A stretch of 64,000 nt of DNA, from assembly GCA_001778495.1 (NCBI GenBank), contig MFHE01000007.1, positions 3,996-67,995 of the forward strand, read 5' to 3'. Under the pieces are notes generated by a model. The model searched no databases. It was not told where the DNA came from and was given only the letters and a program-made list of their open reading frames with translations. The translations under genes were made by a program, and so were the position numbers. Of the stretch, positions 19,468-28,387 are shown piece by piece (positions within the stretch are counted from its first letter, which is position 1; each line of letters begins with the position of its first letter). Origin of the DNA: Candidatus Giovannonibacteria bacterium RIFCSPHIGHO2_01_FULL_45_24 (GTDB lineage: Bacteria; Patescibacteriota; Minisyncoccia; UBA11713; 2-01-FULL-45-33).

Positions 19468-20886
19468 TTAATCTGCTGTTTTTATGTGAAGTTCTCTAAG
19501 CTGCTTTTTTGAAATCTCCGAGGGCGAGTCCATCATCAGATCCCGACCGTCGCCGGTTTTCGGAAACGCGATCACCTCGCGGATGCTTGGCTCCTGCTCC
19601 AAAATCATAACTAGCCGGTCAACCCCCGAGGCGATCCCGCCGTGCGGCGGGACGCCGTATTCAAAAGATTCCAAAAGATGTCCGAACTGGCGGCGGATGT
19701 CTTCTTTTTTGTTGCCCATAATCTCAAAAACTTTCTCCAGAATTTCGGGATTATGCTCGCGGATTGACCCCCCGCCGATCTCGCATCCGTTCAGCACAAA
19801 ATCGTATTGATAAGCCATTAATCTGCCTGCATTTTCTTTTCGAATTTCGTGCTCCGGATTTCGGATTTTCGTGAATGGGTGGTGCACAGCATCCCACCTT
19901 TTCTCCGCGTCTTTCCATTCAAACATCGGAAAATCCACGATAAACGCGAAGGCAAGCTCATTAGGGTTATTCTTGTCTTTCCGCAAATCCGGCTTGTCCG
20001 TGCCGTATTTGTCCATCGCCTCTTTGCAAGTAAGCCGCGGGAACGGCCTTTGGGAGATTTTTTTATCCGGATAAAGCGTTTCAATAATGTCTGCGTAAAG
20101 TTCTTCGGTAAGAGCCAAAATTTCTTCCTGGCTCGCGAAGCTCATTTCCAAATCAAGTTGAGTGAATTCCGGCTGGCGGTCGCCTCTCGTATCCTCGTCC
20201 CTGAAACATCTTGCTATCTGAAAATATCTCTCAATCCCGGCAACCATCAAAAGCTGTTTATATTGCTGGGGAGATTGCGGAAGCGCGTAAAACTTTCCCG
20301 GATGAAGCCGCGACGGGACCACATAATCTCTCGCGCCTTCAGGAGTAGACTTTGTCAAAATCGGCGTTTCAATTTCTATAAAATCTTTTTTATGCAAATA
20401 ATCTCTGATGAAAGAAATTATTTTATCGCGCATCGTTAAATTTTTTAAGAGCCGCGGCCTTCTTAAATCCAAATAGCGGTATTTCAGGCGATTGTCCTCG
20501 CCTATCTCACGGCCGTCGCTTAAAACGTCGAACGGGGACGTTTTGGCTTCACTTAAAATCTTTAATCTGGTTGCCTGTATTTCAATTTTGCCGGTAGCTA
20601 ATTCTAGATTTTCCATACCCTTTGGGCGCTCTTTAACTATTCCATCGATTTCAACCACCCATTCTGGACGCAATTTATCAGCTAAAACAAAATCGCGGGA
20701 GATATCCGGAATTTTAGTCAGCTCTCCCGAAGACGGCATTCCTGAAAAAACAACCTGCACAACCCCCCATCTGTCCCGAAGGTCAATAAAAATAATCTTG
20801 CCGTGGTCGCGCCTCCCAGCCACCCAGCCCATCAACGTAATCTCCTCGCCTATTTTATTTACCGCGTCTTTGGCCAGAGTGCGCAT
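19468..20886 (-). CDS. aspS: Aspartate--tRNA ligase (short, lacks GAD insertion)
   Basis: RRDHG, FIDLRD, RYRYLDLRR, PEGARDY, QIARCFRDED.R.DRQPEFTQ, PPHGG. Confidence 0.97.
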   Translation of the reverse strand: MRTLAKDAVNKIGEEITLMGWVAGRRDHGKIIFIDLRDRWGVVQVVFSGMPSSGELTKIPDISRDFVLADKLRPEWVVEIDGIVKERPKGMENLELATGKIEIQATRLKILSEAKTSPFDVLSDGREIGEDNRLKYRYLDLRRPRLLKNLTMRDKIISFIRDYLHKKDFIEIETPILTKSTPEGARDYVVPSRLHPGKFYALPQSPQQYKQLLMVAGIERYFQIARCFRDEDTRGDRQPEFTQLDLEMSFASQEEILALTEELYADIIETLYPDKKISQRPFPRLTCKEAMDKYGTDKPDLRKDKNNPNELAFAFIVDFPMFEWKDAEKRWDAVHHPFTKIRNPEHEIRKENAGRLMAYQYDFVLNGCEIGGGSIREHNPEILEKVFEIMGNKKEDIRRQFGHLLESFEYGVPPHGGIASGVDRLVMILEQEPSIREVIAFPKTGDGRDLMMDSPSEISKKQLRELHIKTAD

Positions 20887-20905
20887 GTTGATAAGCATAG
20901 CATAA

Positions 20906-22576
20906 TCAGAGCGCGCTAAGAAATTGCTCATTGTCCTCTTGAAAATCGTATCTGACAGGCAGCTCCACGAAAAACGTGCTTCCTTTGCCTAGACCCTGCG
21001 ACTCCGCCCAAATCCGGCCTCTGTGGTCGTCAATGATTTTTTTGACGAAATAAAGACCTATGCCCATGCCGTCGGGCCGCTCCTTTTTGGCTATCTCCGT
21101 GCGGCCGAATTTTTGAAAAAGCCGCGGCATCTCGTCTCCGGGCATGCCGAAGCCCCTGTCGGCCACCGCCAGCAGCATGCTTTTGGCTTTGGGCGTTAAA
21201 GTCACGACAATCGGCCCGATTTCTGAATATTTAAACGCGTTATCCAACAAATTTATAACGACTTCGCGCAGCTTATCGGCGTCTCCATATACGCTGAAAG
21301 TCCTATTATTCTTATTTACAAATTCTACAGCAATACTCTTCCCGTCGGACACCTGCTTAAACTCTTTCACGACTTCCTCAATAATATTGTCAAAATAAAT
21401 CTTTTTAAATTCGTATTTTAACCTGCCGGACTCAATCCGGGAAAGGTCCAAGAGTTCCGACACCAATTTCGTCAAATTATTGGCGGCCGCGAAAACTTTC
21501 CACATCGGCGCAAGAGCTTTTTTGCTTATTTCTCCGAAAGTCCCTTCTATGAGCATGGAGGTATAGCCCTTAATCACGGTGAGCGGAGTTCTTAACTGAT
21601 GCCCCGCCAGCGAAATAAACTCCGATTTCGCCTCGTCAAGCTTCCGCAATTTCTCGTTAACCGCCTCCAAATCCTTGGCCAATTTCTCAATTTCTTCGCG
21701 CGATTTAATTTCCTGCAACACGCTGCGAACTAGCAAGATGCCAAAAACAATGATGATCGCAAAGACAAATATATCAATGACCGCTTCGTTTAAAGACGGG
21801 GCCACAAAAATTTTAGAGAATAAAACTATCCAAAGTATTGCAACAATGGCTTCGGCAGCGAAAACTTTGGTGTTGAAAAGGCGATGTTTTACGATGGCGT
21901 AAGCGGTCATACCAAAAAATATCATTGTGTAAAGCGGCGCGAACAACAAAAATCTCCCCGAGTTAAAAAAAATAATTGGGACGAGTATAGTAGCTATTAT
22001 TAAAGTGAGCATTAAAAGCATCCCTGCGCACACCAATTTAAGCTGCTGTCTTTCTTGGCCGGCGGAATTTTTGAATTTTTTAAACAAATAGTATACCGCC
22101 AACGCGCTGAATAAAGTTGATACTACGGCGAATGGCACCAATCCTGCGCCTGGCCTCAACCGCACCGCCCCTTCCACAAATTCTGCTTCCACAAAAGCAT
22201 AGGGAGAAATGTTTAAAACCAGCATGATCAGAGTAGAAATAATCACCAAGACAAATGCCGGCTTATTCAACCGTATTTTATCTGCAGGGAAAGTGTGGGC
22301 TAGCATAAAAAAAAGTGCGCTCATAAGAGCGGCAAAAAAAATCCCCAAGCGCGAAAGCAATAAGACACTTGAAGAAAATTCCGGCGAGCGAACTGCGTAA
22401 GTTATCGCCAGCCATATCATGGTGGATAAATTCAGCAAGGCGAAAATTTTATTTGTTGCGCTTTTAGGATTGCTGCGGCTGACCAAAACTATTAAAAGCG
22501 CGTCAACGACAACGACAATAAGGAATATAATGAGATCTAAAGAAAATATATACAGCTGCGTTGCCAATGTATTCAT
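20906..22576 (-). CDS. Sensor histidine kinase with N-terminal 7TM domain
   Basis: Seven or more hydrophobic helices; H-box GHQLRTPLT, N-box NLLDNAFKY, DRGFG, GMGIGLY, GKGSTF. Confidence 0.93.
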   Translation of the reverse strand: MNTLATQLYIFSLDLIIFLIVVVVDALLIVLVSRSNPKSATNKIFALLNLSTMIWLAITYAVRSPEFSSSVLLLSRLGIFFAALMSALFFMLAHTFPADKIRLNKPAFVLVIISTLIMLVLNISPYAFVEAEFVEGAVRLRPGAGLVPFAVVSTLFSALAVYYLFKKFKNSAGQERQQLKLVCAGMLLMLTLIIATILVPIIFFNSGRFLLFAPLYTMIFFGMTAYAIVKHRLFNTKVFAAEAIVAILWIVLFSKIFVAPSLNEAVIDIFVFAIIIVFGILLVRSVLQEIKSREEIEKLAKDLEAVNEKLRKLDEAKSEFISLAGHQLRTPLTVIKGYTSMLIEGTFGEISKKALAPMWKVFAAANNLTKLVSELLDLSRIESGRLKYEFKKIYFDNIIEEVVKEFKQVSDGKSIAVEFVNKNNRTFSVYGDADKLREVVINLLDNAFKYSEIGPIVVTLTPKAKSMLLAVADRGFGMPGDEMPRLFQKFGRTEIAKKERPDGMGIGLYFVKKIIDDHRGRIWAESQGLGKGSTFFVELPVRYDFQEDNEQFLSAL

Positions 22577-23637
22577 CTCTTTTCTGTAAGCATGGAAAGC
22601 TCTGGATATACGCGCGAAGAACGGGCGCTTGGCTCGCCATCGCTCCCGATTCTAAAAAGCATGGAAATTGTGCCCGAAGAAACGCCAAGTGCGTTTTGAA
22701 TTTCAAAATAAGTTTTTTTTACGGCTTCATTGTGGGCTTTTGAAAGAGTCGCCGTATCACCGGAAAAAACGCGTTGCGCCAAATAAATCACCCCGGCAAA
22801 CGGGTGCATGCTTAATCCCATTTTTGCGCTTTCAAGCCATATTCTTTGAAAAACCCTCCCGGCGGCAATAAAATCTTTATCCGTGTCCGCCGTGATAATC
22901 GCCCCGAAAGCCGCCCCCGAAGAATATATTTTTGAGTTTTCTTTCGCTATAAACCTTGAAAGGCCTAGGATGTTAAGGGCGCTGGAGACGCTCCAAAAAC
23001 GGAGCAGTTTGAACATTAATAATTGCAACGGCTTAAGTTCAAATGTTTTGATATACAGCCCGGACCGTTCGCGCAGTTCTTCTTGCTCCGTCCAGCGCAC
23101 GTGATTAAAAAAATATGCGTGCAAAGCGCGGTGTTCCAATATAATCCGCTCCGCCAAACTCACCGCCCGGGCAAGCGCTTCCCGCTTGGGCCTTTCCTCC
23201 GCAAGAATAAATTTAACCCCGAATTCTTTGGCGGTTTCCATAAAAATATTTTTTTGTTCCGCGGTAAGCGGTGTATCGGCGTACGGCTTACGATTAGTCG
23301 CCCGCGAAAAAATGCAAGGATAAAGAGGGTTATTTTTCGGAGCAGACGAGCTAAACGCGATTTCCGCGACTAAATTCGGGTCTCCGCCTGGAAACAACGA
23401 AATCTGCGTGGAGTAGCCGTGCGTTTCCGAAGCAATGATAACATTTTCAATAAGCGCGCCGTGCGCCACGTACGCGCCGCGCTGGCGGAAATTAAAAACC
23501 GGATTATCTTTATCAGGAAGATTGAAAATACAAAGAGTGTTATCGTTTTTTAATAAAAACCGCCAAGGCTGCGAGTTGTCGCCGGAAGGGGCGCGCACCG
23601 CGGCTTTGATAATATTATTTATGATTTCTGTTGGCAT
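22573..23637 (-). CDS. Nitroreductase-like flavin oxidoreductase (Acg/TyzC-like)
   Basis: RAPSGDNSQPWRF, RATNRKPY, AAGRVFQRIWL, LFRIG. Confidence 0.85.
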   Translation of the reverse strand: MPTEIINNIIKAAVRAPSGDNSQPWRFLLKNDNTLCIFNLPDKDNPVFNFRQRGAYVAHGALIENVIIASETHGYSTQISLFPGGDPNLVAEIAFSSSAPKNNPLYPCIFSRATNRKPYADTPLTAEQKNIFMETAKEFGVKFILAEERPKREALARAVSLAERIILEHRALHAYFFNHVRWTEQEELRERSGLYIKTFELKPLQLLMFKLLRFWSVSSALNILGLSRFIAKENSKIYSSGAAFGAIITADTDKDFIAAGRVFQRIWLESAKMGLSMHPFAGVIYLAQRVFSGDTATLSKAHNEAVKKTYFEIQNALGVSSGTISMLFRIGSDGEPSARSSRVYPELSMLTEKR

Positions 23638-23643
23638 ATTTGT

Positions 23644-24624
23644 TTATATTCTCATCGAAACACATTTTAGCCCGGCTGCTTTAATCAATTTCAATATCGA
23701 TCTGTTCCAATCGGATATTTTAGTTAATTTAAGCTCCGGCCCGTCCGCAACATTTTTATCTATGACGGCGCGCAATTTTTCTCTTGTAAGATCAAACCCT
23801 TTTATTTTACCATTTTTGGAAATAAAATCGCCAAGCCTCCTTAGATTCAGCGTGGATTTTGGCAGAGCTTTTTCCTTTACAATTTTTCTTAAAAGAGACA
23901 AAAGCTGGGCTTTATCCAAAAAATAACTCGGGAATTTATAAGTATAAATATTTCTGTCTATTTTAATTGAGTTTTTACCGATATGGAGAGTCTTGTACGA
24001 CTGAGTAAAGTGCGGAGAGATTTTGATTCCGCCCTTTTTAATCGTCAGCGCGTCTGCTATAAGCTTCTTGCTTATAATCCCTGTAGCATATTTAAAGGGC
24101 AATTTTCTTTTAAAACTATCCAGCATAAATGTGTAGGATATAATCGCAAAACAAATTGCTGTATATTTGTGCCGCGTGTATAACGGGACACCGCACATTC
24201 TGGAAGTGGAAACTATGTGTTTCCAAAAGGATTTCCGTCCTCCAAAAAGTTTCTTGCGCGCTATGACTGACAGCGACCTGCCGTTGGAATAGTATATTTC
24301 AATCTCGCCGCCGCCTAAGGGCTTCCCGTCATTGGGAGTAAATCTGAAGCTTAGCCATTCTTCATAAGCTCCTTTTTTGGCCCTAACCAAATAGATGGCG
24401 GATTTGCCGTCGTATCTATCAATCAGCGGCCTTTTGCCATACCTGTAATAAGACCTGCGCAAAATTAAAAGTATTTTACGCAGCTTTTTATCTAGCCAGC
24501 GAGAGTTATGCAAGTCTTTGGCTTTATACGCGCTGAAGGAAACTCCCCTTGCGTTGCAGAAAAAATCCGGCTTTGTAAGGCCGCGCGATATGCTTTTTAC
24601 TTTATTTAAATAGCGATCCTGCAT
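23644..24624 (-). CDS. Hypothetical basic protein, candidate LuxI/FeeM-like N-acyltransferase
   Basis: LRRSYYRYG...IDRYD..SAIYLV...SFRFTP...IVSTSRMC has the motif order of AHL/N-acyl-amino-acid synthases; operon context. Confidence 0.5.
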   Translation of the reverse strand: MQDRYLNKVKSISRGLTKPDFFCNARGVSFSAYKAKDLHNSRWLDKKLRKILLILRRSYYRYGKRPLIDRYDGKSAIYLVRAKKGAYEEWLSFRFTPNDGKPLGGGEIEIYYSNGRSLSVIARKKLFGGRKSFWKHIVSTSRMCGVPLYTRHKYTAICFAIISYTFMLDSFKRKLPFKYATGIISKKLIADALTIKKGGIKISPHFTQSYKTLHIGKNSIKIDRNIYTYKFPSYFLDKAQLLSLLRKIVKEKALPKSTLNLRRLGDFISKNGKIKGFDLTREKLRAVIDKNVADGPELKLTKISDWNRSILKLIKAAGLKCVSMRI

Positions 24625-25643
24625 AACTCTTCTAGATTAAGCTTATATTTGCCAGAGGCCAGGTTTTCTTTGTTGGCTATTAATCTCACGGCGCGAGCTA
24701 CGGCCGCTCCGCTTATTTTCGCCCCAGTAGCAAGCTGGGAAACTCCCGATAAAGTTTTTCCAATTTCGGCCAAAGATATTTTCAATCTTTCAACTAGATA
24801 GTCAGCGCCGATTATTTTTATTGCCATCTCAACCCATTGTCGCCTGCTCAAACCAGCCAAATCCTCAATTTTTAAATTGCCCAAAAGTCCATGGAATGGC
24901 GGGTAATTTCGGTCCAGATCATACCGCTCAACGTCAAGTATCACGCCTTCTCCGTTATCAGTTGCCATTAAAATTGGTATTCCATTTTTAGCACAAATAA
25001 TTCTTGATAAAAATTTCATTTCCAAATCGTCCATCTCGTCAATAAAAATATCCAGTTTCGGCTCGCCCGATATAAATTCCTCTATATTATTTTTATTGAT
25101 TCCTCCATCCAAACAATATATTTCCGCGAAAGGGTCTAGCTCCCATATTTGTTTCGCGGTAATTTCCGTCTTCTCGCTGCCAACATCAAGCAAGGTTGCT
25201 TTTATGCGATTAAGGTTAGTCAGTTCTACAACGTCCGGGTCTGCGATCTTTAAAATTTTAGGGCCACCGGTGCCGCTTAGAACTTCGGCGATGGCGGAGC
25301 CGACGGATAATCCGGCGGTGCCGATTTTGACGTTGCGGTAATTTCTTTGCTCGTCTTCGGTGATAATATTGCGATTGCGCGCGGTGCGCAGTTTAAAATA
25401 GAGTTCCTCCGGCAAAGTATGCACAACGGCGTTTTTCCATGGATAGTAAATCCAAACACCCTTGATGCCGTGATTTTTTAAAAAATCTTCCAGGGGCGCC
25501 TTGGCCTCGGGCATGCTCTTTTTCAGGTTAGGACGTTCTACAAAAAAAAGCTCCTCCAGCGCGCCGGAAAATGCGTCAATCTCTTTCGCTCCCGCCGGGG
25601 TTTCTTCTTGACTATTAAAAACTTTGGGCTTCTCTAAAGCCAT
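24606..25643 (-). CDS. ThiF-family adenylyltransferase (Rv1355c/MoeY-like)
   Basis: WIYYPW...LRTARNRNII, GLSVG, ADPDVVELTNLNRI, IDEMDD, DVERYD. Confidence 0.88.
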   Translation of the reverse strand: MALEKPKVFNSQEETPAGAKEIDAFSGALEELFFVERPNLKKSMPEAKAPLEDFLKNHGIKGVWIYYPWKNAVVHTLPEELYFKLRTARNRNIITEDEQRNYRNVKIGTAGLSVGSAIAEVLSGTGGPKILKIADPDVVELTNLNRIKATLLDVGSEKTEITAKQIWELDPFAEIYCLDGGINKNNIEEFISGEPKLDIFIDEMDDLEMKFLSRIICAKNGIPILMATDNGEGVILDVERYDLDRNYPPFHGLLGNLKIEDLAGLSRRQWVEMAIKIIGADYLVERLKISLAEIGKTLSGVSQLATGAKISGAAVARAVRLIANKENLASGKYKLNLEELCRIAI

Positions 25644-25681
25644 ACAGCTTTATTTTAGCATAATTTTTAATGTAGCAAAAC

Positions 25682-25709
25682 AAAAAAAGCCCCCGAAGGT
25701 CAAGGGGGC
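25682..25709 (-). terminator. Intrinsic terminator after traT
   Basis: GCCCCC-N9-GGGGGC followed by T7 on minus strand. Confidence 0.7.
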
Positions 25710-25734
25710 ATGCCGGGAACAAGCTTGCTTGCGT

Positions 25735-26490
25735 TTAGTTGAGCATCCCGGCGATGCTCTCCGTGATTCGCCTGATAAGAGCTGGCTTGGCCGTCTCAAA
25801 ATCCAAATTAACTTGGGTGGCTGTTGCGCTCAAACGGTTGCGGTATATAAGCCGATCGCTGTCGTAAGCGCCGGTATCCTGCTGAACGCTACTGCCCGTG
25901 CCCTGCTGGATTCTGGCTGTTTGTCTTTCAGTCACGGATCGCCCGGTCTTTTCTGATATTTGAATGTCGACGATAACTGCGTACACAACTTTCTTAACCA
26001 GCTCCCCTGCAATCCATTCTGCCGCCTGACCAATCGCGCCGCCGATGAAACCGCCCACAAAAGGTGCGTTGGGGCTATTACTCGCCAACCCTCCGATAAT
26101 TGCGCCGGCACCGGCGCCGAGAATTGGTCCGCCGTAGCTGGCATGCATCGCTTCCTGAATCGCCGGCGTGGAAGCGTCTCCCAAATAGCGAACATTTGAC
26201 TGAAGCCAGATATTCGCCTCTTCCGGGTCGCTTACCACTTTGTAGCCCTTGGCGTTCATCAGTCCAGCTAAATCGCTAAGTTTAACGTCCATCCCGCTGG
26301 TGTCTCCGAGCTCTATCCAGACGATTTTTTGAGACGCCGGAATCGGCTTCCTAAACACCGTCTCTGCTAGCCGCGCTTGGACGCTTAAATCCTTGTAGCG
26401 TAGCGCCGTAGACATAGCAGCGCAACCGCTCACAAGCAACGCATAAGCCGTCAACGCAAAAACCAACAAAAACCATTTCCATCGCTTCAT
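25735..26490 (-). CDS. TraT-family (complement resistance/surface exclusion) lipoprotein
   Basis: Lipobox LVSG|C, GYKVV.DP.EA..WLQ.NV, glycine zipper, YAVIVDIQISE; SD AAAGGAGG. Confidence 0.78.
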   Translation of the reverse strand: MKRWKWFLLVFALTAYALLVSGCAAMSTALRYKDLSVQARLAETVFRKPIPASQKIVWIELGDTSGMDVKLSDLAGLMNAKGYKVVSDPEEANIWLQSNVRYLGDASTPAIQEAMHASYGGPILGAGAGAIIGGLASNSPNAPFVGGFIGGAIGQAAEWIAGELVKKVVYAVIVDIQISEKTGRSVTERQTARIQQGTGSSVQQDTGAYDSDRLIYRNRLSATATQVNLDFETAKPALIRRITESIAGMLN

Positions 26491-26607
26491 TTTTCGGCCC
26501 TCCTTTTCTATAAATACTCTCTAAATACACCTTAGCACAAGCTGCCCGGATATTGCAAGGGCCGCAAAAATCGTGTAGAATTAGTTAAATCCGCCCAAAT
26601 TAAACAA

Positions 26608-26680
26608 CCGCCCATAGCTCAATTGGCAGAGCAGCTCCCTTTTAAGGAGAAGGTTCCAGGTTCGATTCCTGGTGGGCGGA
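26608..26680 (+). tRNA. tRNA-Lys (UUU), CCA not encoded
   Basis: Acceptor CCGCCCA/TGGGCGG, D arm GCTC/GAGC, anticodon loop CTTTTAA, T arm CCAGG-TTCGATT-CCTGG. Confidence 0.96.
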
Positions 26681-26708
26681 CACTTTAGAAATATGCTAAA
26701 ATAAAATC

Positions 26709-26843
26709 ATGAAAAAGCGCGTAAGAAAAGGGGCGCGGTATTTTCACGGCGATGATTTAACCAAAAAAGCGCTGGATAGAAAGCGCCGCTCCAAAACCGA
26801 AAAATGGGAGCGCCGCCCGCTGCGCTCCCGCAAGGCCCGCTAA
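26709..26843 (+). CDS. 44-aa very basic small protein (not in ORF track)
   Basis: MKKRVRKGARYFHGDDLTKKALDRKRRSKTEKWERRPLRSRKAR; preceded by TGCTAAAAT; fills the gap up to the convergent gene. Confidence 0.5.
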   Translation: MKKRVRKGARYFHGDDLTKKALDRKRRSKTEKWERRPLRSRKAR

Positions 26844-26844
26844 A

Positions 26845-27312
26845 TTAAAGAAAAAGAACGCCGAAGATGGGGAGGATAAACCACAATTTGGCGTAGGCGG
26901 AAGAGGCAAAAACTTGCAGAACCCACGGCGAGAGGTTTAAGATGTTGTTTTTTATAACGTCTTCCGGAGCAAGTTTTATTATAGACGCGACAAAAAATCC
27001 GGCGGCTAAAATTGATAAAACCAAAATCTCCCACCAAAGCCCGCCGTAATACCCCGCCGCGCCCCTGAAAGAGCGTATTAAAAAGAGCGCAAGCAACAAA
27101 AGAAGCGCCAGAAAAATTCCGGCGCGGAACATAAAAATCTCATCAATTGGGATGTAAGGGAAAATAACAAGCAGGGCATAGAGAGCCAAAATTCCCAAAG
27201 CCATCTTTTTCTTTCCGCCGGAAATGCCCCAAAAAAATCCAGCGGCCACCAGCATAAACACCAAAACGGCGTCCCAAGCCGGGTTTTTAATTAAAGACAA
27301 AAAAGATTGCAT
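26845..27312 (-). CDS. Hypothetical integral membrane protein
   Basis: About five hydrophobic helices; follows dnaJ; TATAAT-N6-ATG. Confidence 0.75.
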   Translation of the reverse strand: MQSFLSLIKNPAWDAVLVFMLVAAGFFWGISGGKKKMALGILALYALLVIFPYIPIDEIFMFRAGIFLALLLLLALFLIRSFRGAAGYYGGLWWEILVLSILAAGFFVASIIKLAPEDVIKNNILNLSPWVLQVFASSAYAKLWFILPIFGVLFL

Positions 27313-27319
27313 AAAGATA

Positions 27320-28387
27320 TTATAATCCTTCTTTCTCCAAATCCGAAAGGAGTTTTTTCGCCTGATGCGAAAGTTTTTTCGGAAGTTTTTGGAATAGCCG
27401 AATTAGAAGATCTCCTCTACTCCCTCTCATTTTCGGCACCCCCTTCCCGCGCAATCTTAGAAAATCGCCTGATTTTGAAAGCTCCGGAACGCACACTAAA
27501 ATTTTTCCTTCCAACGTCTCTATGATTTCTTCCCCTCCCAAAAGCATGCTCGATACCGGCAAATACAAGTCCGTTAAAATATCAAGCCCTTCGCGGCGGA
27601 AAGCATGGTGCGGCAAAACGCGAATCCGGACGTAAAGGTCTCCCGCCTGCCCTTTAGCGACTTCTTCTCCCAGCCCGGTAAACTTGATTGCCTCGCCGTC
27701 GCGGATTCCCGCGGGGATATCTATGTCAATCGTCTCCGATTTTTTTAAAACTCCGGAGCCGCGGCAATGCCTGCAAATTTTCTCCGGCGCCTCCCCGCGC
27801 CCGCGGCAGAGTGTGCACTCCGAAAGCGCCGTAAAGGAGCCGAAGAGCGAGCGGCGCGTCTCGCGCACGGTCCCCGTGCCTCCGCAGGTCTGGCATTTTT
27901 TGAGCGAACTTCCTGGCTCCGCGCCGAGACCTTTACAAATTTCGCACTTTTTTGATTTTTCAATAACCACGCTTCTTCGCCCGCCGAAAACCGACTCTCT
28001 AAACGAAATGTCAATGCCCAAAGAAATATCACTGCCGCGTTTTGCTCTCCGCCATTGTCCGCCTCTGGCGGAGAATCCTCCTAGACCGCCCAAAAAATCC
28101 TCGAAGATGTCGCCTAAATCTGCGCCAAATCCCTGCCCGAAGTCAAAACCCTCAAACCCTTCGCCTGGCCCCTGCCCGGAAAAAGCATGGCCGAATCTGT
28201 CGTATTGGGTGCGCTTCTGTTCGTCTCCTAAAATCTGGTAGGCCTCGTTTATTTCCTTGAATTTTTTTTCATCCCCCCCTTTTTTATCCGGATGATGCTG
28301 GTGCGCCAGCTTTCTGTAGGCGCGCTTAACTTCCTCCGCCGACGCCCCCTTCTTCACTCCCAAGATGTCATAGTAGTCCTTAGACAT
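27320..28387 (-). CDS. dnaJ: Chaperone DnaJ
   Basis: J domain HPD, G/F region, four CxxCxGxG repeats. Confidence 0.98.
   Translation of the reverse strand: MSKDYYDILGVKKGASAEEVKRAYRKLAHQHHPDKKGGDEKKFKEINEAYQILGDEQKRTQYDRFGHAFSGQGPGEGFEGFDFGQGFGADLGDIFEDFLGGLGGFSARGGQWRRAKRGSDISLGIDISFRESVFGGRRSVVIEKSKKCEICKGLGAEPGSSLKKCQTCGGTGTVRETRRSLFGSFTALSECTLCRGRGEAPEKICRHCRGSGVLKKSETIDIDIPAGIRDGEAIKFTGLGEEVAKGQAGDLYVRIRVLPHHAFRREGLDILTDLYLPVSSMLLGGEEIIETLEGKILVCVPELSKSGDFLRLRGKGVPKMRGSRGDLLIRLFQKLPKKLSHQAKKLLSDLEKEGL

Noticed and set aside
20906..26680. Genomic island integrated at tRNA-Lys
   Set aside because: No integrase, no duplicated tRNA 3' end seen, and the accessory genes lie 5' of the tRNA; the CCGCCCA copy at 26591 is only 7 bp.
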